From: an uncultured Armatimonadetes bacterium
GTDB taxonomy: Bacteria; Armatimonadota; Hebobacteria; Hebobacterales; Hebobacteraceae
DNA: 64,000 nucleotides
Assembly: GCA_963716175.1 (NCBI GenBank)
Contig: OY970296.1
Coordinates: 2,784,001-2,848,000 of the forward strand
Direction of reading: 5' to 3'
Of this stretch, positions 51,414 to 61,236 are shown piece after piece. The notes beneath the pieces were generated by a model, which was given only the letters and a program-made list of their open reading frames with translations, was not told the DNA's origin and made no database searches. How positions within the stretch are numbered: the stretch's first letter is position 1; each line of letters opens with the position of its first letter. Made by a program: the position numbers and the translations under genes.

Positions 51414-52775
51414 ATGAGGCAGAAGGTCCTCATCATCGGAGCTGGCAGCGCATATTTCACTCGGAAGCTGCTCGTGGACCTCATCCAACGGAACGAGGCG
51501 CTGACCCTGGGGCTTGTTGACGTGGACGCAACCGCGGTGGAGATGGCCGACAGGCTGTCCCGCAAGATGATCGCCCTCAAGGGCGCGCCCATCGAGGTGC
51601 AGTCATCCACAGATCGGCGCGATCTGCTTCCTGGAGCCACCGCCGTGATCAGTACGATAGCTGTCGGCGGCCGTAGAGCCTGGGAGACCGATGTGCAGAT
51701 CCCCCGCAAGTACGGCATCTACCACCCGGGCGGGGATACGTGTATGCCGGCCGGCACTGTGCGGGCGCTGCGCGTTATCCCTCCGGCGATAGATATCGCG
51801 AAGGATGTCCTGGATCTGGCACCACAAGCGCTCTACTTCAACTATACCAACCCGATGGCTGTCGTCTGCAGGGCGATCCGCAAGCATACCGAGGCCGATG
51901 TGATTGGGCTCTGCACTGGCGTCAGGGACGTTGCCGAGTGGCTCGCTGGCATCCTCGAGGTGCACAGGTCGCGCATGCGTTACAACGCGGTCGGCATCAA
52001 CCACCTCACCTGGTTCACCGAGATACGCGTGGATGGCGAGGATGCGAAGCCCCAGTTGCGCCAGATCGCCGTCGACCGCGTCGCTCGCGCCCGGAAGCTC
52101 GCCAAGTCGGTTGACGACACCCCGGACAAGGCCGAGATCCGGGGGCAGATCTGGGGACTTCACCCCTTCTCGTGGGGGATGTTTCTGCTGATGGATGCAT
52201 TCCCGGCGGTGCTGGATGGCCACGTCGTTGAGTTCTTCCCCCACCTATTCAGAGGCAAGAGAAGCTACTACGGAATGACGCTCGGACTCGGCTTTGAGGA
52301 GCATCGGGCCTCGGAGGACCAGACCTATGCTCACATGCAGGAGGCTGCCTTTTCCAACGATCCGCTGCCGCAGGACTACTGCGAACAAACTGCGGGAGGC
52401 CATCGCGAGGATGTCATCGACGTCATGTACAGCATCAGGAATGATGACGGCGCGACTTACGCGGTGAATCTGCCGAACAGGGGTCGCATCCCTGAGCTAC
52501 CCGATGCCTGTATCCTCGAAGCGCTGGCGGCGGCGACCGCGGATGGGCTACGCCCCCTTGCCCAGCCTCCGCTCTCCCCAGGCGTGCTCGGCACATTGGC
52601 GACGCGCTTTCAGTGGGCGGAGGCAACGGTGGAAGCGGCCGTTGAGGGCAATCGCGACAAGGTCGTCCAGGCTCTGATCCTCGACGGTGCAGTTGACTCC
52701 TATGAGGGCGCCGAGGCGCTGACGGACGAGCTGCTCGCCGCCCACGCGCAGCACCTTCCACGCTTCTCCAGGTGA
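51414..52775 (+). CDS. Glycoside hydrolase family 4
   Basis: IGAGSAYF, IPRKYG, NYTNP, GLC and GINH motifs. Confidence 0.93.
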   Translation: MRQKVLIIGAGSAYFTRKLLVDLIQRNEALTLGLVDVDATAVEMADRLSRKMIALKGAPIEVQSSTDRRDLLPGATAVISTIAVGGRRAWETDVQIPRKYGIYHPGGDTCMPAGTVRALRVIPPAIDIAKDVLDLAPQALYFNYTNPMAVVCRAIRKHTEADVIGLCTGVRDVAEWLAGILEVHRSRMRYNAVGINHLTWFTEIRVDGEDAKPQLRQIAVDRVARARKLAKSVDDTPDKAEIRGQIWGLHPFSWGMFLLMDAFPAVLDGHVVEFFPHLFRGKRSYYGMTLGLGFEEHRASEDQTYAHMQEAAFSNDPLPQDYCEQTAGGHREDVIDVMYSIRNDDGATYAVNLPNRGRIPELPDACILEALAAATADGLRPLAQPPLSPGVLGTLATRFQWAEATVEAAVEGNRDKVVQALILDGAVDSYEGAEALTDELLAAHAQHLPRFSR

Positions 52776-52809
52776 GGCGTCGGCGGACCAAAGAGAGAGG
52801 AGGCCGATT

Positions 52810-54225
52810 GTGGCACCAATTTTCTACAGCCCGCTGGATCCCCCCGGCGTGAAGGAGATCCACCATTCCGCGTTGCGAGTGCTGCACGAGGTCGGGGTGC
52901 AGGTTGAATCCCGCGACCTGCTGTCGCTGTTGGCCGACCATGGGGCGGACGTGGACATGGCAGAGCAGCGGGCGCGCTTCGCACCGGCACGCGTGCAACA
53001 GTTCGTTTCTGACTCGGAGAAGTATGACTGGGATGGTCACCAGCCCAGCTTCGGCTGTTACGCTGGGATCTACGCCTGCCTCTACCTGAACCCCTGGACA
53101 GATCAACTCGAGCCCTTCACAGAAGACGCTCTGCGTGACTACATCCGGCTGGCGAACGCGCTGCCCGAGATCAGCGGGGTCAGCCTGCTGGGCCTGCCGT
53201 TCACGCCGGTTGGCATTCCTGCCGCCTACGCTCCGCTCGCGGAGAAGCTCTACGCCTGGAAGTACGGCGCCGGGCCCTCGGGAACGGTTCAGTTCACCGG
53301 GCTCTGCCCGTATCTCGAGGAGATGTACGCACGTCGGGCACAGGAGATCGGGCAAAGCCTGAAGGACTGCTTCGGCGCGGTGGGTTATCTGGTCAGTCCG
53401 CTACGGCTGGCGCGGTCGGAATGCGAGCAACTGCTGTACTTCAGGTCCCGCGGCCTACGGATGCACATCGGTCATATGCTGTCTATGGGAGCGTCGGCGC
53501 CAGTCACCACCGCGGGCGCTGCGGTTCTGAAGCTCGCGGAGTCCCTGTTCCTGGGCATTCTCCACAGGGCGCTGTGGGGCGGCCGGTCCTTCCACGTCGG
53601 AGGGTTCGGTGTAGTGATGGATATGCGGAGCGCCCACAGCATGGGCGGGCGACCTGAACGCGCCGTCGTCAAGGCGATACTCGCGCAGGTGGCGCGCTTC
53701 TACGGAGTGCCATCCGGCGCAGGCGGAGGCCTCACTGACGCGAAGGAACCCTCGGCGCAGGCAGGGATGCAGAAGGCCATGATCTCGGTGGCAGCTCTTC
53801 TGTCCTCCGGAAGCGCAGTCCTGGACGTGGGTCTGCTCTCGCTCGACGAAGTATGCTCTCCTGAACAGATGATCTACGACGTCGAGCTGGCAAGCGCGAT
53901 TCGCCGCATTGTACGGCCGGTCGAGATCAGTCCGGAGACATGTGCCGTCCAGGACATCAAGGAGGTCGGCCCGGGAGGGAACTTCCTCGGATCCGACTTG
54001 ACCGCAGAGCGCTTCCGCCAGGAACTCTGGGAACCGCAGGTCTGGGACCGGCAATCGCTCCAGGACTGGAGAGCATCGGGGGCGTACCCCGAGCGAGAAC
54101 GAGTCAAGGAACGCATTCGCGCTCTGCTGTCTGCTCCGTTCGAGGACCCGCGCATGACGCCGGAGTGCGAACAGGACCTGAGGGCTATAATAGGTCGCGC
54201 AGTCGGGGCAGTAGCTGCGGTGTGA
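52810..54225 (+). CDS. MttB-superfamily (trimethylamine methyltransferase-like) protein, non-pyrrolysine
   Basis: IH..ALRVL.EVGV, SPL, MGASAPVT.AG, TDAK...QAG..K and VGPGGNFL motifs; no in-frame amber codon. Confidence 0.9.
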   Translation: MAPIFYSPLDPPGVKEIHHSALRVLHEVGVQVESRDLLSLLADHGADVDMAEQRARFAPARVQQFVSDSEKYDWDGHQPSFGCYAGIYACLYLNPWTDQLEPFTEDALRDYIRLANALPEISGVSLLGLPFTPVGIPAAYAPLAEKLYAWKYGAGPSGTVQFTGLCPYLEEMYARRAQEIGQSLKDCFGAVGYLVSPLRLARSECEQLLYFRSRGLRMHIGHMLSMGASAPVTTAGAAVLKLAESLFLGILHRALWGGRSFHVGGFGVVMDMRSAHSMGGRPERAVVKAILAQVARFYGVPSGAGGGLTDAKEPSAQAGMQKAMISVAALLSSGSAVLDVGLLSLDEVCSPEQMIYDVELASAIRRIVRPVEISPETCAVQDIKEVGPGGNFLGSDLTAERFRQELWEPQVWDRQSLQDWRASGAYPERERVKERIRALLSAPFEDPRMTPECEQDLRAIIGRAVGAVAAV

Positions 54226-54500
54226 AGCTGATCTGCTGTCGCCGGGATTCGACGGCACAGACAGTCTCCCCGTGCAATGCCGAGAGAAGGGGTCTCACTT
54301 GAGTACCCGGATCGTCCTGAACCCAGTGCCGGTGACGCCAGAGACAATGAGGCAACTGGAGCGGATGGGGGTGGTGATTCGGGAGTCGACTCCGCACAGA
54401 AGTGCCAATCTGGGTCCACTGGCTGTGGTCTCATCCACGGTTGACATCCGCACTAGGCCGCTCTCTGGGGCTCGCATGCAGCTTCATCATGGGAGCCTCA

Positions 54501-56366
54501 TCAATTGGGGAGTTGGAAGGCACGGCTGGCGTAGACGGCCGTCTGGTCGCGGGTGACGAGGGCGGAGGGGCGGTAGCCGTCCCAGTAGCCCTGGACGATG
54601 TTCTCGCCTTTGAGGTACTCGATGTACTTGTAGGCCCAGAAGCCGATGGGGACATCCGGGAAGCTGGGGGTCTCGGGAGGGAAGTAGTTGGCGAGGCCGG
54701 CGTCGCCGGTGGGGTCAACGGAGGCGCGGGCCACGAACACGGACATCTGGGCGCGGTCAACGGGGGCGGAGGGGCGGTAGCCGTCCCAGTAGCCCTCGAC
54801 GATGTTGTTGGCCTTCGCATACTCGATGTATTTGTAGGCCCAGTGATCGATTGGCACATCCGCGAAGGAGGGCTGGGCGGGGCCGGAGGGGACGTTGGCA
54901 TCATCGCCGGCGAGGGCGCGAGAGATATACACGGCCATCTGGTCACGGGTGACGGTTTCAGCGGGACGGTAGTTGCCGTCGGGATCGCCGAAGACCACGC
55001 CGCCGTTGAGGCAGGCGTCAACGTCGTAGTAGGCCCAGTGGGTGAGGGGAACATCGGGGAAAGAGAGGCGGTCGCGGAGGAAGATGTCGCCGAAGTTGTT
55101 GGTGTCGCCGGCGATGAGATCATCGCCGAAGGAAGTGAAGACGACGTAGCGGCCGTCGGAGGAGAGGCGAGCATAGTTGGAGTCCATATCGGGGAGGTAG
55201 CAGTCGAAGGTGCGGGTGACGGTCTGGGTGCGGGCGGCGACGCGATCGCGAAGGAAGCAGTTGCTATAGTAGGTGCTCTCGCCGGTGTAGAGGTCCGGGG
55301 AATGGGAGGAGAAGGTGACGAAACGACCGTCGGCACTGATGCTGGGATAATCGGGGTCGGCCCCCTCGGCGAGCTGTTGGCCGGAGTCGGTGAGGCTGAC
55401 GCGCTCGGTGGTTCCGGCAACGCGGTCGCGGAGGAACACGTCGTCCACGTTGTTAGTATCCCCCGGGACGAGGTTGTCAGCCCTGGAGATGAAGGCGACG
55501 TAGCGGCCGTCGGCGCTGATGGCGCCCTGATAGCACACGTTGTTGGCGGGAGCGCCTTGCGGGTCGAGGGTGATGCACTCGGTGATGCCGAGGACTAGGT
55601 CGCGGACGTAGATCTGGCGGTCGGGGACGGCGACCCCGGGGACTAGGTTCTGTGCCCAGGAGCCGAAGACGACGAAGCGGCCTTCCGCGCTGACGGCGGG
55701 GAAGTCCCAAGCATCGCAAGCGTCGTCGGCCTGATCACCGGAGGTGGAGACGCTGACGCGCTCGGTGGCCCCACCGACGCGGTCGCGAAGGAAGACGTCG
55801 GTGACGTTGTTGGTGTCTCCGGCGACGAAGTTGTTGGCACCGGAGATGAAGGCGACGTAGCGGCCGTCGGCGCTGATAGCGGCAGAATGGGAAGCGCCAT
55901 CGGCCTGCTGGCCGCCCGAGGTGACGCTGATGAGTTCGAGGGTGCCGGCCTCGCGGTCGAGGAGAAAGACGTCCCCGATGTCGTTGACGTCATTGGCGAT
56001 GAGGTTGGTGGAGTCGGAGTCGAAGACGATGAAGCGGGCGTCGGGGGTGATGGAGGCGGCCCAGGCGCCGGCGTTGCCCAGCTCGCCGTCGAGGCCGACG
56101 TCGACACCGATGGTGGTGCCAGCGACGCGATCGCGGAGAAAGACGTCCCAGGAGCCGTTGGTGTCATTGGGGACGAGGTCGGTGGCGGCGGAGGCGAAGA
56201 CGATGTAGCGGCCCTCCGCGCTGACGTCGGGGAAGAGGGATTCGCCGTTGGCCTCGGCGCCGGTGCTGGTGAGGCTGACGCGCTCGATGTGGCCGGCGAG
56301 GGCGGGGAAAGGCGGGGCGAGGCAGAGGAAGATAAGGAGTGCTTGCACCCAAGGCCGAGGGTTCAC
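54501..56366 (-). CDS. Secreted TolB/PD40-like beta-propeller with C-terminal SLH domains
   Basis: Repeated ISADGRYVAF..NLV.GDTN..DVFLRDR and three FPDVP..HWA / G..DG.YRP..VTR.QMA repeats. Confidence 0.9.
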   Translation of the reverse strand: MNPRPWVQALLIFLCLAPPFPALAGHIERVSLTSTGAEANGESLFPDVSAEGRYIVFASAATDLVPNDTNGSWDVFLRDRVAGTTIGVDVGLDGELGNAGAWAASITPDARFIVFDSDSTNLIANDVNDIGDVFLLDREAGTLELISVTSGGQQADGASHSAAISADGRYVAFISGANNFVAGDTNNVTDVFLRDRVGGATERVSVSTSGDQADDACDAWDFPAVSAEGRFVVFGSWAQNLVPGVAVPDRQIYVRDLVLGITECITLDPQGAPANNVCYQGAISADGRYVAFISRADNLVPGDTNNVDDVFLRDRVAGTTERVSLTDSGQQLAEGADPDYPSISADGRFVTFSSHSPDLYTGESTYYSNCFLRDRVAARTQTVTRTFDCYLPDMDSNYARLSSDGRYVVFTSFGDDLIAGDTNNFGDIFLRDRLSFPDVPLTHWAYYDVDACLNGGVVFGDPDGNYRPAETVTRDQMAVYISRALAGDDANVPSGPAQPSFADVPIDHWAYKYIEYAKANNIVEGYWDGYRPSAPVDRAQMSVFVARASVDPTGDAGLANYFPPETPSFPDVPIGFWAYKYIEYLKGENIVQGYWDGYRPSALVTRDQTAVYASRAFQLPN

Positions 56367-56730
56367 GCTCTCCCTCCTGATCTGAATCTGGCGCACGCGG
56401 CGCTCTGCCCGGCTGGGGTGATGCGCCGCACTCACGATGGGCGGTGGGCAGGAGTCTCTACTGCCAGGCTACGCCGCAGCCCGAGGTGTGTCAAGAGGAA
56501 GCTGCCGCCCGTTGCTCCTGCTAGAGACCCGCGAGAGCGGCCAGAATGGCACTGTAGGTGCCGGTATGGCGCCACTCAAAAGGAGCCTGTGGCCTCATAG
56601 CGCTTACCCCAACGTTTGCTGCCGGTGCCCGGTCGACAGGACGAAGTCACTTCTGCGGGGAATCTAACGTAGGCTCACTTCCGTCGCCCTGTGTCGTCCA
56701 GGCTGGCCGTGACAGAGAGGGATCGTTCCC

Positions 56731-57480
56731 ATGCGACACAGCCGTCCAGAGGCATCAGCGAAGGCGCGTAAGCTCCTGTTCCTGCTTGGCGGGAGCAGCG
56801 AGATCTTCGATGCCGTCGCCGAACACTTCGTGCCTGCGGCGGGTGGGGCCGACGCGACCATTGCGCTGCTGCTTAGGGCCGGACCGGGGTGGCAGGAGTA
56901 CGTGAGCCAGTACGCCCAGCCCTGGACGCGACTGGGCGTGACTCGCCACCACGTGATCGTGCCGGCCGATGATGACGCTCTAGATCAGGAGGAGGCATGT
57001 ACGAAGCTGCGGGACGCTACTGGGGTCTTCATCGGGGGCGGCGACACGGCTGTTTACCACAGTCTGTATGCCACCGAGCCAATCCGGAGCATCGTCCGTG
57101 AGTCCTATCAACGAGGCGTGCCGATCGCTGGCCTCTCTGCTGGAGCTATGCTTCTGCCGGAGATCTGCGCGATCCCTCCACGTGATTCCGGCGATTCCCC
57201 AGCCAGAATCCTCCCTGGACTCGGCTTGCTCAGCGGCCTAATCATCGGGGTCCATTTCACCGAACGCCATGCCCTGCCTCACGTTCTCGAGACAATGGCA
57301 TCGACGCGCACCTCGCGGGCCCTTGGCCTTGATGAGAAGTCCTGTGCACTACTCGTCGACGGTACCCTCGAGCGGGTCCTCTGCGGGTCCGTCTACCAGA
57401 TCGCGATGACCGACTTCGGGAGCAAGGCCCATACGTTGGAGCGGATCGCAGGGAGCAGAGAGCCAGTGGACAGCGCTTGA
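56731..57480 (+). CDS. Peptidase S51 (cyanophycinase/dipeptidase E-like)
   Basis: VFIGGG, GLSAGA, VHF and GLDE motifs. Confidence 0.88.
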   Translation: MRHSRPEASAKARKLLFLLGGSSEIFDAVAEHFVPAAGGADATIALLLRAGPGWQEYVSQYAQPWTRLGVTRHHVIVPADDDALDQEEACTKLRDATGVFIGGGDTAVYHSLYATEPIRSIVRESYQRGVPIAGLSAGAMLLPEICAIPPRDSGDSPARILPGLGLLSGLIIGVHFTERHALPHVLETMASTRTSRALGLDEKSCALLVDGTLERVLCGSVYQIAMTDFGSKAHTLERIAGSREPVDSA

Positions 57481-57560
57481 GGTCGCCCCCTTCCCTCTGA
57501 CATCAGATGTGCCGTTCTCGCGCCACAAACCTCGTATATTGGCTGTGGGCGGTCCCGAGG

Positions 57561-58487
57561 CTAACCTGCCTGATCGCCGGCCGGCTGGAGCATCCCCTCC
57601 AGCTTCTCAACGGCGGCCAGCTTGGTGCGCACATCCGAATGCAGGTAGCGCGCGGTGGTCCCGATGTCTGCGTGCCCCAGCAGTTCCTGCACGGTGCGGA
57701 TGTCGGCCCCGGAGCGGATGAGGTGGGTGGCAAAGGTGTGGCGGAGTTTGTGAGGGGTGATGCCTCTGCCTGAGAGGCCTGCTTTCCCCAGGGTGCGCGC
57801 CAGCATCCGGCTGATGGCCCGGCCGCAGATGGGCTCCCCGAACTGGCTCACGAAGAGCCGGTGGCTCTGGGTCTTGACCCGGTGGGGCAAGTAGTGCTCA
57901 ATGGCTGCCACGGCCTGATCGGCCAAGGGCACCACTCTCTCCTTCGCCCCTTTCCCGTGCACCAGCAACTGGCGGTTCTCCAGGTCCAGATCCTCCAGGC
58001 TGATCTGGGCGATCTCGCTGCGCCGCATGCCGGTGGAGAGCAGCAGCACCACCAGGCACTTGTGCCAGGGGCGCCCGGCGGCCTCCAGCAACCGCTGGGC
58101 ATCTGCTTCCGTGAGCGTCACGGGCACCTGCTGTTCGAGTCTGGGCAGCGGCAGCCTGCGGGCGGGATTGCCCGAGACATGGCCCATGTCCTGGAGGAAG
58201 CCGAAGAAGGAGGACAACACCCAGAGCTTCCTTCTCACCGTCAGGGGTGCTCGGTGTGACAGGCTCACCGCGAACTGCATCACCTGCTGGCGCGTGATCT
58301 GATCGGGAGGGGGCGGCTGACCCAGGCGCTGGGAGAGGCACTCCGAGAAGGCGCGCAAGTCGCGGCGGTAAGCCTTGACGGAGATAGGAGCGCAGCTGCG
58401 ATAGCCCTTGAGATACTCCAGGAACATCGCCACCGCCTCCTCAAAGGAGAGCGTACCGGCCCGGATGGCGTCGTGGGGAGCGGTCAT
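57561..58487 (-). CDS. Tyrosine recombinase (XerC/D-like) 2
   Basis: TGMRRSE, GKG, HKLRHTFAT and LLGH..TTARY motifs. Confidence 0.95.
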   Translation of the reverse strand: MTAPHDAIRAGTLSFEEAVAMFLEYLKGYRSCAPISVKAYRRDLRAFSECLSQRLGQPPPPDQITRQQVMQFAVSLSHRAPLTVRRKLWVLSSFFGFLQDMGHVSGNPARRLPLPRLEQQVPVTLTEADAQRLLEAAGRPWHKCLVVLLLSTGMRRSEIAQISLEDLDLENRQLLVHGKGAKERVVPLADQAVAAIEHYLPHRVKTQSHRLFVSQFGEPICGRAISRMLARTLGKAGLSGRGITPHKLRHTFATHLIRSGADIRTVQELLGHADIGTTARYLHSDVRTKLAAVEKLEGMLQPAGDQAG

Positions 58488-59449
58488 GGCTGTGCTCCCT
58501 CCTCCGTCTGCGGTATGCTCTCCCCGAGCAGACCCGTCAGCCTCCCGACGGCCGCCAGCTTCGTCCGCACATCTGAGTGCAGGTAGCGGGCCGTCGTCCC
58601 CAGGTCGGCATGGCCCAGCAGCTCCTGCACGGTGCGCACGTCCACGCCCTTGTGGATGAGCTGGGTAGCGAAGGTGTGGCGCAGCTTGTGAGGGGTAATC
58701 CCCTGGCCCGCCAGCCCCGCCTTCACCAGCACCTGGTCCAGCATGGTGTTGATCACGTGGCCCCGGATGGGTTGCCCACGGGAGTTCACAAAGAGCCGCC
58801 GGCTCTGGGTGCTGGGCCGGTGGGGCAGGTAGTGCTGGATGGCCGCCACGGCCTGACGGGTGAGGGGGACGATGCGCTGCTTGGCTCCCTTGCCGTGCAC
58901 CAGCAGCTGCCGGTTGGTCAGGTCCACCTCCTCCAGGCTGATCAGCACCGCTTCGCTTCTGCGGATGCCCGTCGCCAGCAGCAGCATGATGAGGCACCGA
59001 TGCCAGGGGAGTTGGGCCGCCGCCAGGAGCTGCTGCGCCTGCTCCTCTGAGAGCGTCACCGGGATGTGCTGCTCCAGCTTCGGCAGGGGCAGTCTCTTGG
59101 CGGGATTGCCCTGGAGATAGCCCATATCCTGGAGGAAGCCGAAGAAGGAGGAGAGACAGGCCAGCTTGCTGCGCACCGTGATCGGGGACCAGTGCGACAG
59201 GGAGATCGCGTACTGGATCACCAGCTGGCGGGTGATCGCAGCCGGAGCTGGCAGCGGCCCGGGCTGCGAGCAGAGGAACTGCTGGAAGTGACGCAGGTTC
59301 CCTGCGTAGGCTTGGACAGAGGCAGGAGCGCAGCTGCGGTAGCTCCGCAGGTACTCCAGGAACATCGGCACCGCCTGCTCCAGGGGGAGCTCGTTCCCGG
59401 TGGAGGGCGGCGCGGCACGGGCCGCTTCGGCCTGGGCACGAGTGGTCAT
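58484..59449 (-). CDS. Tyrosine recombinase (XerC/D-like) 1
   Basis: TGIRRSE, GKG, HKLRHTFAT and LLGH..TTARY motifs; RBS AGGAGG; ATGA overlap with the paralog. Confidence 0.95.
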   Translation of the reverse strand: MTTRAQAEAARAAPPSTGNELPLEQAVPMFLEYLRSYRSCAPASVQAYAGNLRHFQQFLCSQPGPLPAPAAITRQLVIQYAISLSHWSPITVRSKLACLSSFFGFLQDMGYLQGNPAKRLPLPKLEQHIPVTLSEEQAQQLLAAAQLPWHRCLIMLLLATGIRRSEAVLISLEEVDLTNRQLLVHGKGAKQRIVPLTRQAVAAIQHYLPHRPSTQSRRLFVNSRGQPIRGHVINTMLDQVLVKAGLAGQGITPHKLRHTFATQLIHKGVDVRTVQELLGHADLGTTARYLHSDVRTKLAAVGRLTGLLGESIPQTEEGAQP

Positions 59450-59645
59450 GGACGCCTCCTTTAGTAGGTCGTCTGCGGCGTCCAATACATCACTTGAAGA
59501 CCCGAACAAGTCCAGGCCTTTGTGCAAGTATTCTGTGGGGTGGGCCCTAGTGCAGGTATTTCGTATCCCCTCGATTTCGGGCCAGGATGGCTCTAGGAGC
59601 CACGAGAAGGGTGGAGTGGGCCGATAAGCCGAGGTCGCGATTCAC

Positions 59646-59910
59646 CGGTGGAGGAACGGTGGAGGTTTGGTGGAGGATTTCGGGCGTGTCTTGCGGTTTT
59701 GGCGCGATTACGCGCTGGTTTCCAGGGCAGACGATGGTGCCGTTTCGCTAGGCGATTGCTGACAAAAAAGGCTCCCGCGGCTGCGCGAACGCGTGCTCGC
59801 CCCGACCCAGCTGCGGTGGAGGATCGGTGGAGGAACGGTGGAGGGTAGGTGCCGATCGCGGTGGAGGAACGGTGGAGGGTGCGGTGGAGGGGGCAGAGCG
59901 GGCGGTGGAT
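59646..59910. repeat. 11-bp-phased CGGTGGAGG repeat triplets
   Basis: Three triplets starting at 59646, 59814 and 59859. Confidence 0.8.
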
Positions 59911-60047
59911 GGTGGGGGGGAAGGGACCGGCGGATCACCCTCCCTGCGTGTTGCCAAGGTGTCCGGGGATATCGGCGTGTGTCTGGTAGCTGCCGCGCGT
60001 GGAACGGTGGCGGCCGGCTCGCGGCAGTGAGTGGAACGGGTCGCGGC

Positions 60048-61085
60048 TCAGCCCGCCGGCGGCTTGCGGGTTCGGCCGGGCCGCCGGTAGTAGGTGCGCT
60101 GCCGGGTAGCATCGCCACAGGCGGTGCTGCAGTACTGCTTGTTGGCGCGTCCGGGGTAGAACAACCGGCTGCAGCCCGGGCACTGGCGCAGCAGCTCACG
60201 TCGCTGCACGAGTTCCCCCAGCTGAAGATAGATCGGAGCCATCAGGTCGTGGAAGTGCACGACCCGGACGACGTCCAGATCCTCTCCACCGGAGTCGGCC
60301 TCCGGCGATCTTGGCGGAGTGTCAATGGGCCAGTAGATCCGCCATGACCTAGCGACGCGGGCCTCCGCTTCGGTGAGCTGGCGGGCAACCAGAGCCGCAG
60401 CCCACAGGCAGCAGTCCTTTCCACTCATCGGCTCGAGTCCGGCTGGCTCCCGGCCAGGCCCGGAGTCGCCTTCCGCAGTCACCGGGACCGGGAGCTGGGG
60501 GTCGGCGACATCGCGGAACAGCCTCCCCTCAACGATGTAGATGTCGGCTATTTGCTTCCCCACCGGCACCCCGCCCAGGAGGCGCCGCAGAGAAGGCAGG
60601 TCGTTCTGCCTCAGGCCGAGGTAGAGATCGTAGGTGAGCCGGAGCTCCCGCGCCTGCTCGCGGACCCACCACAGCGGCTCGCAGGCGAATCGGAACACCT
60701 CCTTGGGCAGCAGCCGCCGGTCGGTCGGCCGCAGGCGCGCCGCCCAGCTAGGGAGGGGCCCCTCATCGGTGTCGGCAACCCCTGCCAGCGGCCCATAGCG
60801 ACGGTAGAACGCGACCACCTCATCGTCCGAGGGAGACTGCTCGCGGCCGAACAGATGCATGACAGTGGTGAGAAGATCCCGCTCCTGCAGAGGCTGGTAG
60901 AGAGAGGAGTCGATCAGGTCTATGAGCGCAGTGTCTCCCGCACCCTTGAAGTACTCGACCATGCGGTGGTCGTCGACAACCCCGGTGGCAGGTGCCTCGC
61001 CCTCCCGCAGCCGCCGTAACCGGGCCTGAACCCCGTACTGGCCCCCTCTCGTCAGTTCCCGCGGTGTCTTCCGCTTATCTGCCAT
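60048..61085 (-). CDS. Protein with C-terminal CGNR-type zinc finger
   Basis: LRQCPGCSRLF..ANKQYCSTACG..TRQR motif. Confidence 0.75.
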   Translation of the reverse strand: MADKRKTPRELTRGGQYGVQARLRRLREGEAPATGVVDDHRMVEYFKGAGDTALIDLIDSSLYQPLQERDLLTTVMHLFGREQSPSDDEVVAFYRRYGPLAGVADTDEGPLPSWAARLRPTDRRLLPKEVFRFACEPLWWVREQARELRLTYDLYLGLRQNDLPSLRRLLGGVPVGKQIADIYIVEGRLFRDVADPQLPVPVTAEGDSGPGREPAGLEPMSGKDCCLWAAALVARQLTEAEARVARSWRIYWPIDTPPRSPEADSGGEDLDVVRVVHFHDLMAPIYLQLGELVQRRELLRQCPGCSRLFYPGRANKQYCSTACGDATRQRTYYRRPGRTRKPPAG

Positions 61086-61092
61086 CTGTCTC

Positions 61093-61151
61093 TCGCTAGA
61101 GAATTATTGATAACACACGTCGTCAGTCGCTAGGAAGCTATTGACAACACA
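61093..61151. promoter_or_regulatory. Direct-repeat operator between divergent genes
   Basis: TCGCTAG-N5-TATTGAYAACACA occurs twice, 34 bp apart; the second copy contains TTGACA. Confidence 0.6.
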
Positions 61152-61236
61152 TCATTGGAGTCGTACCATACAGCAGTTTATACCACAGTCAGCGGCCGGA
61201 GTCAAGGGAGAGGGACCGGCCAGGGAGATCACAGTC

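Noticed and set aside
52810-54225. Pyrrolysine-containing trimethylamine methyltransferase
   Set aside because: The ORF is uninterrupted with no in-frame TAG, and no pyl genes are in the window.
54402-55598. Long antisense and alternative-frame ORFs over the TolB/SLH gene
   Set aside because: They result from codon bias in the repetitive minus-strand gene and carry no motifs of their own.
54501-56300. Periodic nucleotide repeats that might be a CRISPR or DGR signal
   Set aside because: They are beta-propeller blade and SLH protein repeats; there are no spacers and no reverse transcriptase gene.
57480-57560. tRNA or att core at the prophage left boundary
   Set aside because: No cloverleaf or T-arm motif visible, and the att partner would lie outside the window.
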